Part shown: positions 38,635 to 47,527 of the stretch, piece after piece
How positions within the stretch are numbered: the stretch's first letter is position 1
Layout: each line of letters begins with the position of its first letter
Source of the DNA: Ilumatobacteraceae bacterium
GTDB lineage: Bacteria; Actinomycetota; Acidimicrobiia; Acidimicrobiales; Ilumatobacteraceae
Length of the DNA: 59,972 nt
Direction of reading: 5' to 3'
NCBI GenBank assembly: GCA_023262255.1
Contig: JALRBT010000001.1
Location: forward strand, 1 to 59,972
Notes under the pieces: model-generated
What the model was told of the DNA's origin: nothing
Databases searched by the model: none
What the model saw: only the letters and a program-made list of their open reading frames with translations
Translations under genes and position numbers: made by a program

Positions 38635-41547
38635 CTACGCCTTGTAGGCGGACGCGATCGGCTTCACGGGGCGGGCAAAATGCAATGGTCGACGTAGTCC
38701 GCCAGGGCCAGGGCCCGGTCGGGTCTTGGCGAGCCACTCGTGGAAGACCTCCATCGATTTTCCGGTGTCCACCGCGATGTCGCCGTAACGATCGTCTGGA
38801 CGTGCGGCCGACACCGTCACGTGTTGCAGCCAGCAATGCATTCCCGAGATCGGGTCCGGCTGCACGGGGAAGGTGAGGTTCTGATGAACACCAGCATCGC
38901 TCCACCACACTCGCTGTGAATCGGCGTCCAGCGAGTCGAATCGCTCGATGCCGTGCGTCTGTCGCATGTGCCACGCGCCGTCGTCGGACTTGCCGCCGTT
39001 GCCGTACCCACGCTGTGGTCCTGAGAGCGCAACGACGCCCGCGGTCCAACCCGGCGTTCCCGTCTTTTCGTCCAGGCGCCAGCGACCCATGTGGTGCGAT
39101 GCCGCAACCACTCCGGGGCGAATTCCTTCGGTGCGCCAGGCCCGTATGACGAAGTAGCCGGTTTGCGTCGTGACGCGCACCAGTCCGTTCACGTCGATGT
39201 TCAACTTCTCGGCATCGCTCGGGTGGATCCACAGCGGATGCGCATGGCTGAGTTCCGCCAACCACTTCGCCTGCGCCGAGCGCGTGTGGATGAGCGTCGG
39301 CAAGCGGAACGTGGGCACCAGGATGCGCTCGCCCTTCTCGAAGTTCAGCTTCTCCCAATGCACGTGCGACGGTATCCAGGTGGGCAATGCGTATTCGGGC
39401 CAGCCCCAGTCGCGCATGGTGGGCGAAAAGAGCTCCAGTTTCCGTGACGGTGTCGGAAACCCGAACTTGACCTCGCCGTCGATGTCGACACCAACGGAGC
39501 CGTCACCGATGAACGGCATGTGACCGTGGACGTCGTCGATGGTGTCGTACATGCCGGCCGTACCGGGTACGCGGTACACACCCTGCGCATCGCGTACCGC
39601 TTTTGCGGTGGTGAGCTCCTGTGGCGTTACAACACGCTCGTGTACCTGCTCCTGGTTTCCAGGAATGGCAAACGCACCGTACTTGCGCATGTACGACAAG
39701 GGCGTGAGGCCTTCCTGCTTCGCCGCCTCGGGCAAGCCGGGAATCGAATGCTCGAACAGGTGCGAGTAGTACTCGTCGATGGAAAGTGGTGTACCGGGCT
39801 GCTTGATGGACTCGAAATGCTCGCGGATACCGAGCGAACCATCCGGGTCGATCCTCCACGAGAGATCGATCCAGAACTCATGTTCTTCCCACACCTCGCC
39901 GGGATTCACCTCGTAGGTGCGGTTCACCGTCTTGCCCTGTTGTTCGGCGTACGCCTTCATCACGGGCTGACGGAAACCGATCCAACGTCCAAGGTGCGTC
40001 TCGTACGACGCTACGTCGTGTCGTTCGCTTGCAACGCCCATCGGCAGCACGTAGTCGGCGAACCAGGCGGTCTCGCTCCAGATCGGAGTGAGGGCCACGT
40101 GACACCCGACGAGATCCTCGTTGGTGAGGGCCTCCAACCACGTGAAGCCATCGGGGTTCGTCCAGATCGGGTTGTACACGCGCGTGAAGTACGTGTCCAA
40201 TTTGCCGCGACCGTCCTTCAGGAAATGCGGCAGCAGAATCGACAGTTCGTGGTGCGTGAGCGGATACTCCTTGGGCCACGTGAGTTCGTTCCAGTCGCCG
40301 TGCGGATGCGGGTTCTTGGGTGGCACGGGGATGAACTTGTTCCAGCCGTTGGGGCTGGTTCCACCCTCGGTTCCCACCGAGCCGGTCAACACGTTGAGGA
40401 AGAACAGCGTTCGCGCCGTTTGCCAACCACCTTCGTTGCCGGCCGCAGATGCACGCCAGTTGTGCGACGACAATCGACCCGGCACCGCACGCCCGATGTG
40501 CTCGGCAATCTCGCGAATCTTGTCGGCGCCCACACCACAGATGTGCTCGGCGCGCTCGGGGGTGTAGTCGGCGTAGAGGTCGAGCAAGGCCTGTGCCAGG
40601 TTGTCGAACGTGCACTCCATGTCGGGGCGTGTTTCTTTGAGGAAGACGTCCCAGTTCACCCAGCGGCGCACGAACTCGCGGTCCCACGTGCCGTTCTCGA
40701 TCAGCAACCGGGCGATGGCCAAACAGAGGAACGCTTCGGTTCCCGGCCACACCGGCAACCAGTAGTCGCTCATCGACGCGGTGTTGGAAAGACGCGGATC
40801 GACGCAGATCACCTTCGCTCCACGCATCTTGCCCTCAATGATGCGCTGGGCGTGCGGATTGAAGTAGTGGCCGGCCTCGAGGTGCGATGAGATGAGGAAA
40901 ATCACCTTGGCGTTGGCGTGATCGCCGGACGGACGGTCGAATCCCATCCACGCTGCGTACCCGACGCGGGCACCCGAGGAACAAATGTTGGTGTGGCTGT
41001 TGTGGCCGTCCAATCCCCAGGCGTGCAACACACGCTCCATGTAGCTGTCGTCGCCGGGACGACCCACGTGGTACATGACTTCCTTGTGTCGCTTCTCGCG
41101 GAAGGCCTTGCCGATTCGACCACCGATTTCCTCGAGCGCCTGCGACCATTCGATGCGCTCCCACTTACCTTCACCACGCTTGCCTGCCCGCTTCAGCGGA
41201 TACAGGATGCGATCGGCGTCGTGCACCTGGTTGATGGTGGCGGGACCCTTCGCGCAGTTGCGTCCTCGACTGGCCGGATGATGCGGATTGCCCTCGAACT
41301 TCTGGATTTCACCGGTTTCCTTGTCGACGTAGGCAAGCAGACCGCAGCACGCCTCACAGTTGAAGCACGTGGTGGGAATCAGACTGAAACGGCGCTTGGT
41401 CTTTCGGCCGTGTGCCCACTCCTTGGAGTCGAGCTCCACCCAATCGCTCCATTGCTCGACGGGTGGGTAGTTGGTGAGCGACGAACCCGGCAACAAACGT
41501 TGCAGGTCGGCGAGTGCAGCTCCGGTGATCTGTTCGCGAAGTGTCAC
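38635..41547 (-). CDS. molybdopterin (bis-MGD) oxidoreductase catalytic subunit, no Tat signal; candidate SoeA-like sulfite dehydrogenase or Psr/Phs/Ttr-family enzyme
   Basis: 970 aa. The N-terminal FeS cluster motif CFNCEACCG...NCAKG lies about 60 aa from the start. No RRxF twin-arginine motif is present. It follows the FeS/NrfD subunit gene. Confidence 0.8.
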   Translation of the reverse strand: MTLREQITGAALADLQRLLPGSSLTNYPPVEQWSDWVELDSKEWAHGRKTKRRFSLIPTTCFNCEACCGLLAYVDKETGEIQKFEGNPHHPASRGRNCAKGPATINQVHDADRILYPLKRAGKRGEGKWERIEWSQALEEIGGRIGKAFREKRHKEVMYHVGRPGDDSYMERVLHAWGLDGHNSHTNICSSGARVGYAAWMGFDRPSGDHANAKVIFLISSHLEAGHYFNPHAQRIIEGKMRGAKVICVDPRLSNTASMSDYWLPVWPGTEAFLCLAIARLLIENGTWDREFVRRWVNWDVFLKETRPDMECTFDNLAQALLDLYADYTPERAEHICGVGADKIREIAEHIGRAVPGRLSSHNWRASAAGNEGGWQTARTLFFLNVLTGSVGTEGGTSPNGWNKFIPVPPKNPHPHGDWNELTWPKEYPLTHHELSILLPHFLKDGRGKLDTYFTRVYNPIWTNPDGFTWLEALTNEDLVGCHVALTPIWSETAWFADYVLPMGVASERHDVASYETHLGRWIGFRQPVMKAYAEQQGKTVNRTYEVNPGEVWEEHEFWIDLSWRIDPDGSLGIREHFESIKQPGTPLSIDEYYSHLFEHSIPGLPEAAKQEGLTPLSYMRKYGAFAIPGNQEQVHERVVTPQELTTAKAVRDAQGVYRVPGTAGMYDTIDDVHGHMPFIGDGSVGVDIDGEVKFGFPTPSRKLELFSPTMRDWGWPEYALPTWIPSHVHWEKLNFEKGERILVPTFRLPTLIHTRSAQAKWLAELSHAHPLWIHPSDAEKLNIDVNGLVRVTTQTGYFVIRAWRTEGIRPGVVAASHHMGRWRLDEKTGTPGWTAGVVALSGPQRGYGNGGKSDDGAWHMRQTHGIERFDSLDADSQRVWWSDAGVHQNLTFPVQPDPISGMHCWLQHVTVSAARPDDRYGDIAVDTGKSMEVFHEWLAKTRPGPGPGGLRRPLHFARPVKPIASAYKA

Positions 41548-41562
41548 GTGTGTCTCCCGTCG

Positions 41563-43089
41563 TTAGCTCAGTGGTACCGATTGTCCGGCGCGGACGAACG
41601 CGTCTTCGTAGGCAGCCAGACCGATGAGTGCAAGCACCGCCGCAATCACGCCAATGTTGGTGTTGCCGGCCAGCGCGGCTGCGAGTGCCACACCTCCCGC
41701 AGCAACCATTCCCACCACGACACCGGTCCAGAATCGACCGCGGTACTTGCCCTTGGTCATCATCGCCGTGGCGACCTCCACCGACACCGTGGCGTGTGAG
41801 GTGACCTCGATAGCCACGAGCACCAATTGTGCGATGACGCCCCCGAAGAGTGACCACAACACCAACGATTCCAGACCAGCATCCACGTTGAACATCGAAA
41901 TCGGAATGATCAGGGCAGACGCGCCGGCGGTAACTGCCTGCGCCAACAACACGGGCAACATCAACGGCGTCTGCCACAAATCGCGACCTTCGCACTGGGC
42001 AAAGAGCCAGGCGGTGTACCCGGCCGTACCCGCCCCGAACACGATGGTGGGCACTGCCAGCCAACGCACCGCGTCGGACGAATCCGTGATACCCGCCAGG
42101 AACCACAGCGAACCGAGACCACCGAGGCCCGCAAGAATGAACGCGCCCTTCACCAGCCAGGAGCCCCACTGGGGTCGCGTGAAGATATAGAAAAACCGCA
42201 ACGGCTGCTTCAGGTCGGCGATCAGCAGCACACCCGTGAGTGCGGCGAACGCCAATGCGATGACCGGTGTGTACACCCCGATGAACGCTTGCTCTTCGTG
42301 GTGCCCCATGAGTGCGGCCAATCCCGCAACCATGAAGGCGCCACCCGCAACACCCTTGGTGACGAGATAGGCGGACACCTTCCCCTTCCACGCCATCGGA
42401 TGGTTGGTGGTGTAGGCGGTACGAGCCACGAGGTTTGCGTCGATGCTGTCGGTGCTTACGGCGATGGACGGGTGGTGTTCGGTGGTGTCGGCCCAGATCA
42501 TGCCGTCGTCGGCGATCTTGGTGCGCAGCGGGTCGAGGGCCGCCTCGTCGGCACCCTTGTAGAACACGTGTGGTTTGGTGCCCTGTTCGGGCGCGCGCAC
42601 CTTGGTGTCGTGGCGGCTCATCATTTGCGAGATCTTGGACGTGGGGTCGTCGAGGTCGCCGGCGATGATCGACTGGGTCGGGCACACCACCACACAGCTC
42701 GGTTCCAAACTCAACTCCACGCGGTGCGAGCAGAAGTTGCACTTGTGCGCCGTTTGGGTTTCAGGGTTGATGTACAGGGCGTCGTACGGGCACGCATTCA
42801 TGCAGGACTTGCAACCGATGCAATTCGAGTCGTCGAAGTCGACGATGCCGTCACCACGGTGGTAGAGCGCGGTCGTGGGACAAATGCTCACGCACGGTGC
42901 ATCTTCGCAGTGGTTGCAACGATTCACCGAATAGAAGCGCCGCGAATCGGGGAACGTTCCCTTTTCGATGTACTTCACCCAGGTGCGGTTGACACCGAGC
43001 GGAACGTCGTGTTCCGACTTGCACGCGATGGTGCACGCGTGGCACCCGATGCAGGTGTCCTGGTCGATGAGGAATGCGTAGCGGGTCAT
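41563..43089 (-). CDS. fused 4Fe-4S ferredoxin subunit plus NrfD/PsrC-like integral membrane quinone-interacting subunit
   Basis: The N-terminus carries the four Cys groups CIGCHACTIAC, CNHCEDAPC, CIGCKSCMNAC and CNFC...CP. The C-terminal roughly 270 aa are polytopic (about 8 hydrophobic segments). Confidence 0.8.
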   Translation of the reverse strand: MTRYAFLIDQDTCIGCHACTIACKSEHDVPLGVNRTWVKYIEKGTFPDSRRFYSVNRCNHCEDAPCVSICPTTALYHRGDGIVDFDDSNCIGCKSCMNACPYDALYINPETQTAHKCNFCSHRVELSLEPSCVVVCPTQSIIAGDLDDPTSKISQMMSRHDTKVRAPEQGTKPHVFYKGADEAALDPLRTKIADDGMIWADTTEHHPSIAVSTDSIDANLVARTAYTTNHPMAWKGKVSAYLVTKGVAGGAFMVAGLAALMGHHEEQAFIGVYTPVIALAFAALTGVLLIADLKQPLRFFYIFTRPQWGSWLVKGAFILAGLGGLGSLWFLAGITDSSDAVRWLAVPTIVFGAGTAGYTAWLFAQCEGRDLWQTPLMLPVLLAQAVTAGASALIIPISMFNVDAGLESLVLWSLFGGVIAQLVLVAIEVTSHATVSVEVATAMMTKGKYRGRFWTGVVVGMVAAGGVALAAALAGNTNIGVIAAVLALIGLAAYEDAFVRAGQSVPLS

Positions 43090-43092
43090 GGC

Positions 43093-44499
43093 CTAGTGCG
43101 CACCCACGGGTTGGGTGACTTCGCCGCCCGCACCCTGCCAGGCACCGAAGCCGCCGATGAGGTCGCTCACGTCCGAGAAGCCACGTTGACGGAGTGCGCT
43201 CGCCGCAATGCTCGACCGATAGCCACCCGCACAGAACACCACGGTGGGAGCATTGACATCCAGTTCGCCCAATCGGGTCACCAGCGTTGGCAACTGGATG
43301 AGTTCCGCGCCCGGAATGGTGCCCGCTGCGACCTCCCCCGGGCCACGAACGTCGACCACCTGCAGGTTGGCAACGTCGTCCCGACGATCACGCAACTGCT
43401 CGACCGTCAATCGTGATGCCTGCACGATGTGCTGCGGATTGGACACGAAGGCGTTCTCCGGATCGCGCAGGGCGCCGATGACATTGTCGAACCCGATACG
43501 GCCGAGTCGGATTCGTGCCTCGTTTTCCGTACCCGATGGGCACACCAACACCACCTTGGTGTCGGAGGTGATCACCTCACCGGAATACTCCGCGAATCGT
43601 CCGCTGAGACCCACGTTGATGGAACCCTTCACATGACCGAGCGCAAACTCGTTGGGTTCGCGACTGTCGACGATGACCGCACCGGACTGCTGGGCTTTCA
43701 ACACCTCCTCGAACGACAACAGTTTGGTGCTGCCGGATTCGTCGAACACGTCGCGCTTCATACGATTGCGCACGGCGGCAAACGAAAAGTAGAGCGGGGC
43801 CGCCGCTTGACCCTCGGTTACCACCTTCACGAACTCTTCTTCGCTCATTGGTGCGAGTGCGTAGTTGGTGCGACGTTGCTCACCGATGGTGGAAACGGTT
43901 TCGGTCGACAAGTTCTTGCCGCATGCCGAACCAGCGCCGTGTGCCGGATACACCTTGGTGGCATCCGGCAATGTGAGCAGTTTGTGGTGCAGTGAGTGGT
44001 AGAGCTGCTTGCCAAGATCCGTTGCGGTTGCGCCGAACGCCGACAACAAATCGGGCCGGCCCACGTCACCGATGAACATCGTGTCCCCGGTAAGAACGCC
44101 GTACGGCGCATCACCCTGTTCGTACACCACGATGCTGACCGACTCGGGGGTGTGGCCAGGGGTGTCGCGGACCTCGAGGGTGACCTCGCCGAGGCTGAAT
44201 CGCTCGCCGTCCTTCATCGCCACCACCGGAAACTCGGTCCGTTCGGCACCGACGGTTCCGTACACGATGTCGGCGCCTGTGATCTTCTGTAGTTCGAGAT
44301 GGCCGGAGAGGAAGTCGGCGTGAAAATGCGTCTCGAAGATTCGCTCGATGGTGAGGCCGTTCTCCTTTGCATCGGCCAGATATTGCGAGACGTCGCGTTG
44401 CGGATCGACCACCACCGCCCGTCCGGTGGAGATATCGCCGATCATGTAGGAGGCATGGGACAGACAGGCAAGGTAGTACTGGCGGAAGAACATGGTCAT
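43093..44499 (-). CDS. MBL-fold persulfide dioxygenase fused to two rhodanese domains
   Basis: THFHADF metal motif with the ETHE1/CstB-like N-terminus (FRQYYLACLSHASYMIGD). The C-terminal rhodanese carries the active-site CAGGYRS. Confidence 0.85.
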   Translation of the reverse strand: MTMFFRQYYLACLSHASYMIGDISTGRAVVVDPQRDVSQYLADAKENGLTIERIFETHFHADFLSGHLELQKITGADIVYGTVGAERTEFPVVAMKDGERFSLGEVTLEVRDTPGHTPESVSIVVYEQGDAPYGVLTGDTMFIGDVGRPDLLSAFGATATDLGKQLYHSLHHKLLTLPDATKVYPAHGAGSACGKNLSTETVSTIGEQRRTNYALAPMSEEEFVKVVTEGQAAAPLYFSFAAVRNRMKRDVFDESGSTKLLSFEEVLKAQQSGAVIVDSREPNEFALGHVKGSINVGLSGRFAEYSGEVITSDTKVVLVCPSGTENEARIRLGRIGFDNVIGALRDPENAFVSNPQHIVQASRLTVEQLRDRRDDVANLQVVDVRGPGEVAAGTIPGAELIQLPTLVTRLGELDVNAPTVVFCAGGYRSSIAASALRQRGFSDVSDLIGGFGAWQGAGGEVTQPVGAH

Positions 44500-44517
44500 G
44501 CTGGCTCCTCTCCGACG

Positions 44518-44533
44518 AAATGTACGGACATTT
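44518..44533. promoter_or_regulatory. candidate operator: inverted repeat AAATGT-ACGG-ACATTT
   Basis: It lies 19 nt upstream of the PDO start codon, inside the 92-bp divergent intergenic region. A 13-mer, GTACGGACATTTG, recurs at 47516-47528. Confidence 0.5.
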
Positions 44534-44591
44534 GACAGCGTAGGTTACTCTGTGACGTAAGTCAACTGATTCCCATCCCGTAAGGAGCACC

Positions 44592-45071
44592 ATGATTTCC
44601 GCAGTACTTCCCGATCGACTCCCCTGGTACCTGGCTGGACCGGCGCTGGGACTGCTCGTGGTTGGATTCTTCATGTTCACCAACCAGCCACTCGGCGCAA
44701 CGGGTGCATACGTGGAAACGGCCAAGACCATTCGCCGTGTGCCCGGCGCGGTGAGCTGGCGCGCCTACTACTTCGTGGGCATCGCCCTCGGTGGCCTCGC
44801 CGCAGTGCTGCTGAAAGAAGACGGGTTCGTCGCGCGCAAGGGCTACGACGTACTTCTCGATGCCAACGACATGAACCTGTCGCTACCCGTCGCGTCCGCA
44901 GTGATCTTCGTCGGAGCCGTTGTGATGGGCTACGGCGCTCGTATGGCCGGCGGTTGCACCTCCGGACACGGCATTTGTGGAACTGCTCAACGATCCCCCG
45001 CCAGTTGGGCCGCAACCATCAGTTTCATGTCCGCCGCGGTCATCACCACCTTCTTCGTCAACCAAATCTGA
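44592..45071 (+). CDS. YeeE/YedE family sulfur-compound transporter (half-size)
   Basis: The ATG is preceded by AAGGAG. GGCTSGHGICG motif; 4 predicted TM segments. Confidence 0.8.
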   Translation: MISAVLPDRLPWYLAGPALGLLVVGFFMFTNQPLGATGAYVETAKTIRRVPGAVSWRAYYFVGIALGGLAAVLLKEDGFVARKGYDVLLDANDMNLSLPVASAVIFVGAVVMGYGARMAGGCTSGHGICGTAQRSPASWAATISFMSAAVITTFFVNQI

Positions 45072-45088
45072 AAGCGAGAAACCACATC

Positions 45089-45562
45089 ATGACAACCGCA
45101 ACTTCACACAAGATCATCGGACTGCTCTTCGGTGCCGGATTCGGCTTCGTCTTGGCGGCCGCGAACCTTCACGAATACAAGACCATCCACGACATGCTCT
45201 CCCTGACGGAGTTCGATGTATTCCTTCTTATGGGTGGAGCAATCGGCGTCTCATTGCCGCTACTCGCGCTGCTCGAGCGCAACAAGGCCAAGACCGTGCT
45301 TGGTGGCACGCTGAGCCTCTCACGCTCACCCGTGAAGCGCCAGAACGTGGTTGGCGGTGCGCTCTTTGGCATCGGCTGGGCGTTGTCGGGCACCTGCCCG
45401 GCACCGGCCCTGGTCATGCTTGCATCCGGTGCGGGTCTTGCAATCATCACCATCATCGGCCTGTTCATCGGCCTTGGTCTGCGCGATGCGCAAACCTCGC
45501 GCGCCACGGGTACCGCGGTGACGGGTGATGGCGAGCACCGCGAAACCGTGGCGGCGCGCTGA
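45089..45562 (+). CDS. YeeE/YedE-related membrane protein (second half-size partner)
   Basis: ATG at 45089 (MTTATSHKIIGLLFGAGFGFVLA). GIGWALSGTCPAP motif. Paired with the upstream half. Confidence 0.75.
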   Translation: MTTATSHKIIGLLFGAGFGFVLAAANLHEYKTIHDMLSLTEFDVFLLMGGAIGVSLPLLALLERNKAKTVLGGTLSLSRSPVKRQNVVGGALFGIGWALSGTCPAPALVMLASGAGLAIITIIGLFIGLGLRDAQTSRATGTAVTGDGEHRETVAAR

Positions 45563-45570
45563 CGCGTAAC

Positions 45571-46425
45571 GTGACGCGCCGCACTTCGTCGCGCGACGTG
45601 GCAGGCAAAACCAAGAAGTCGCGTCGCACGACGCGACGAGATTCGAAGAGCCCGCTGTGGGAGCAGGTGCTCACGGACTTACGGCGCCGCATGTCGCGTG
45701 GCGAGTTCACGTCGGGCTTCCCCACCGACCGCGAACTCATGAAGCGCTACAAGGTGAGTCGACACACCGCGCGCGAGGCCGTGCGGCACCTTCAAGCAGA
45801 GGGCGTGTTGACCCGCTACAAGGGACGAGGGAGTTTCGTTCAACCACTCTCCTTGGAACAGCGCGTGGGACCGCTCTACAGCCTGTTTCGTTCGATTGAA
45901 AGTCAGGGACACGTGCAACGCAGCGACGTGTTGGACCTTCGTTCGGTTCGCGACCGCGAGGTAGCCGAGCAGATGGGATTGCCGGTTGCCACCAAGTTCT
46001 TCTTTCTTCGCCGCCTTCGACGGGCGGACGGCACGCCATTCGCCGTCGATGAAATCTGGCTTCCCGAAAAAATCGCCGCCCCGCTCTATTCCGTGAACTT
46101 CGAGCACACGGCGGTGTACAACGAATTGGAGCGACTCACGGACGCCCGACCAGTGCGCGGGTGGGAACGCATTCGTCCGGCCCTACCCAGTGCCGAAGAA
46201 CAGAAACTTCTCGGAATCGGCGTACGGCAGCCGGTGTTCGTCGTGTCGCGCTACACCGAGACACACCGCGGCCCGCTCGAATGGCGCACCACGGTGGTGC
46301 GTGGTGACGCCTATACGTTCACGACCACCTGGTCGAACAGCAAGGCAACGTCGGAATTCGGCGTTCGTACTACGACGAAAACAACGCCACCACAGGGCCG
46401 ACCGCGATCAAGATCAGCAAGATAA
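45571..46425 (+). CDS. GntR-family (HutC/UTRA-type) transcriptional regulator with a basic N-terminal extension
   Basis: wHTH region FPTDRELMKRYKVSRHTAREAVRHLQAEGVL followed by a UTRA-like effector domain. GTG start 9 nt after the YeeE-pair stop. Confidence 0.8.
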   Translation: MTRRTSSRDVAGKTKKSRRTTRRDSKSPLWEQVLTDLRRRMSRGEFTSGFPTDRELMKRYKVSRHTAREAVRHLQAEGVLTRYKGRGSFVQPLSLEQRVGPLYSLFRSIESQGHVQRSDVLDLRSVRDREVAEQMGLPVATKFFFLRRLRRADGTPFAVDEIWLPEKIAAPLYSVNFEHTAVYNELERLTDARPVRGWERIRPALPSAEEQKLLGIGVRQPVFVVSRYTETHRGPLEWRTTVVRGDAYTFTTTWSNSKATSEFGVRTTTKTTPPQGRPRSRSAR

Positions 46426-46669
46426 CCGCGGCCATTACGTACGGAGTATCTCGAATTCGCGCCCAGCGAATGGCCAACCACCCCACGCGAGTCACCGGAA
46501 TCGCCATGGCGATGGATACCGAAATCCAACCCACCACATCTCCGTTTGGCATCACCAAACTCACGGCAGCGAGCACCCCGACCAGTATCAGCACTCGCGC
46601 GATTACCCGACCAAGGCGCTCTTCGGCAGCATGCTGTGTCGGGTCGACGGTGCCGTAATCGCTGCTCAC
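46370..46669 (-). CDS. small membrane protein, DUF1634-like partner of TauE
   Basis: The GTG at 46669 overlaps the TauE stop (GTGA). The 99-aa protein has about 3 hydrophobic segments. The family call rests on typical TauE/DUF81 pairing. Confidence 0.55.
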   Translation of the reverse strand: MSSDYGTVDPTQHAAEERLGRVIARVLILVGVLAAVSLVMPNGDVVGWISVSIAMAIPVTRVGWLAIRWARIRDTPYVMAAVILLILIAVGPVVALFSS

Positions 46670-47487
46670 AGAATCCTCACGATGAGAATGACGGCCACTG
46701 CCACGAGCAGGACCGAGAGGAATTTTCGAACCACGATCGGCGACATCTTCGCCTGCACTTTCGCACCGGTGAGTCCACCAGCCAGCGACCCCAGGATGGC
46801 CGCAGCTCCCAACTGCACGTCGAGGTTGCCATGAATCACTTTGACGATGAGCGCCGCCGCCGCGGTGATTCCGATGGAAAATGTGGTGGTGCTTGCCGCA
46901 ACTTTCACCGGCACGTGCATGACTTCGCTGTTGGCGGGCGTCTTGATGAAACCGCCACCCACACCCGAGAGCCCGGTGACGATGCCCGACACTCCGATGG
47001 CAGCAAGGCCCGCGCCAATTCGTTTGCTCACATAGGGCACCACGGACCCGTTCAAGGAATACGCACCATTCATCGTGCCGATCCACTCGCCGACCACGTC
47101 CTGGCCGGCGCGTTCGTCGGGTTTCCAACGCATTCCTTTACGTCTGCCGCCTGCGAGCGCAGCAACGAGCGCCACCACCGCCAGCATGAGAGTGAGCGCT
47201 CGCTCCGAGATGAGGCCGGCAGCCAATGCACCCGCGATTGCTCCCGCAGTGGAGGCACTCTCCGTCACGACTCCTATTCGATGGTTGGTGGTGTGTTCGT
47301 TCATCTGTCGACGCGCCGCCGCCGATGACGCGGCAACGACGGAGAGTAAGCCGAGCGGCGCCACCTCCGCCGGTGTCATGCCACCGATCACCAACAACGG
47401 AACAAGGATGATGGCCCCACCGAGACCACCGAGCGTTCCCACCCCCGATGTCAACAGTGCGGCCAACAGGACGACAACGGGATGCAC
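46666..47487 (-). CDS. TauE/SafE family sulfite/organosulfonate exporter
   Basis: 273-aa protein with internally duplicated 4-TM halves and Gly-rich motifs (GTLGGLGGAIILVPLL; GLSGVGGGFIKTP). Confidence 0.8.
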   Translation of the reverse strand: MHPVVVLLAALLTSGVGTLGGLGGAIILVPLLVIGGMTPAEVAPLGLLSVVAASSAAARRQMNEHTTNHRIGVVTESASTAGAIAGALAAGLISERALTLMLAVVALVAALAGGRRKGMRWKPDERAGQDVVGEWIGTMNGAYSLNGSVVPYVSKRIGAGLAAIGVSGIVTGLSGVGGGFIKTPANSEVMHVPVKVAASTTTFSIGITAAAALIVKVIHGNLDVQLGAAAILGSLAGGLTGAKVQAKMSPIVVRKFLSVLLVAVAVILIVRIL

Positions 47488-47511
47488 GTGGCAAGATTAG
47501 CCAAGTTCGAC

Positions 47512-47527
47512 AAAAGTACGGACATTT
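47512..47527. promoter_or_regulatory. candidate operator, second copy: AAAAGT-ACGG-ACATTT
   Basis: It lies 25 nt upstream of the TauE GTG start. It differs from the 44518-44533 site at one position. Confidence 0.5.

Noticed and set aside
38635-41547. Possible selenocysteine-containing molybdoenzyme
   Set aside because: The 970-codon frame is uninterrupted, with no internal TGA.
44500-44591. Possible Moco or other riboswitch leader ahead of the Mo-enzyme operon or the YeeE operon
   Set aside because: The whole divergent gap is only 92 nt, and the start codons lie 19 and 58 nt from the palindrome. That is too short for a Moco-type aptamer, and I saw no conserved riboswitch-like stems.
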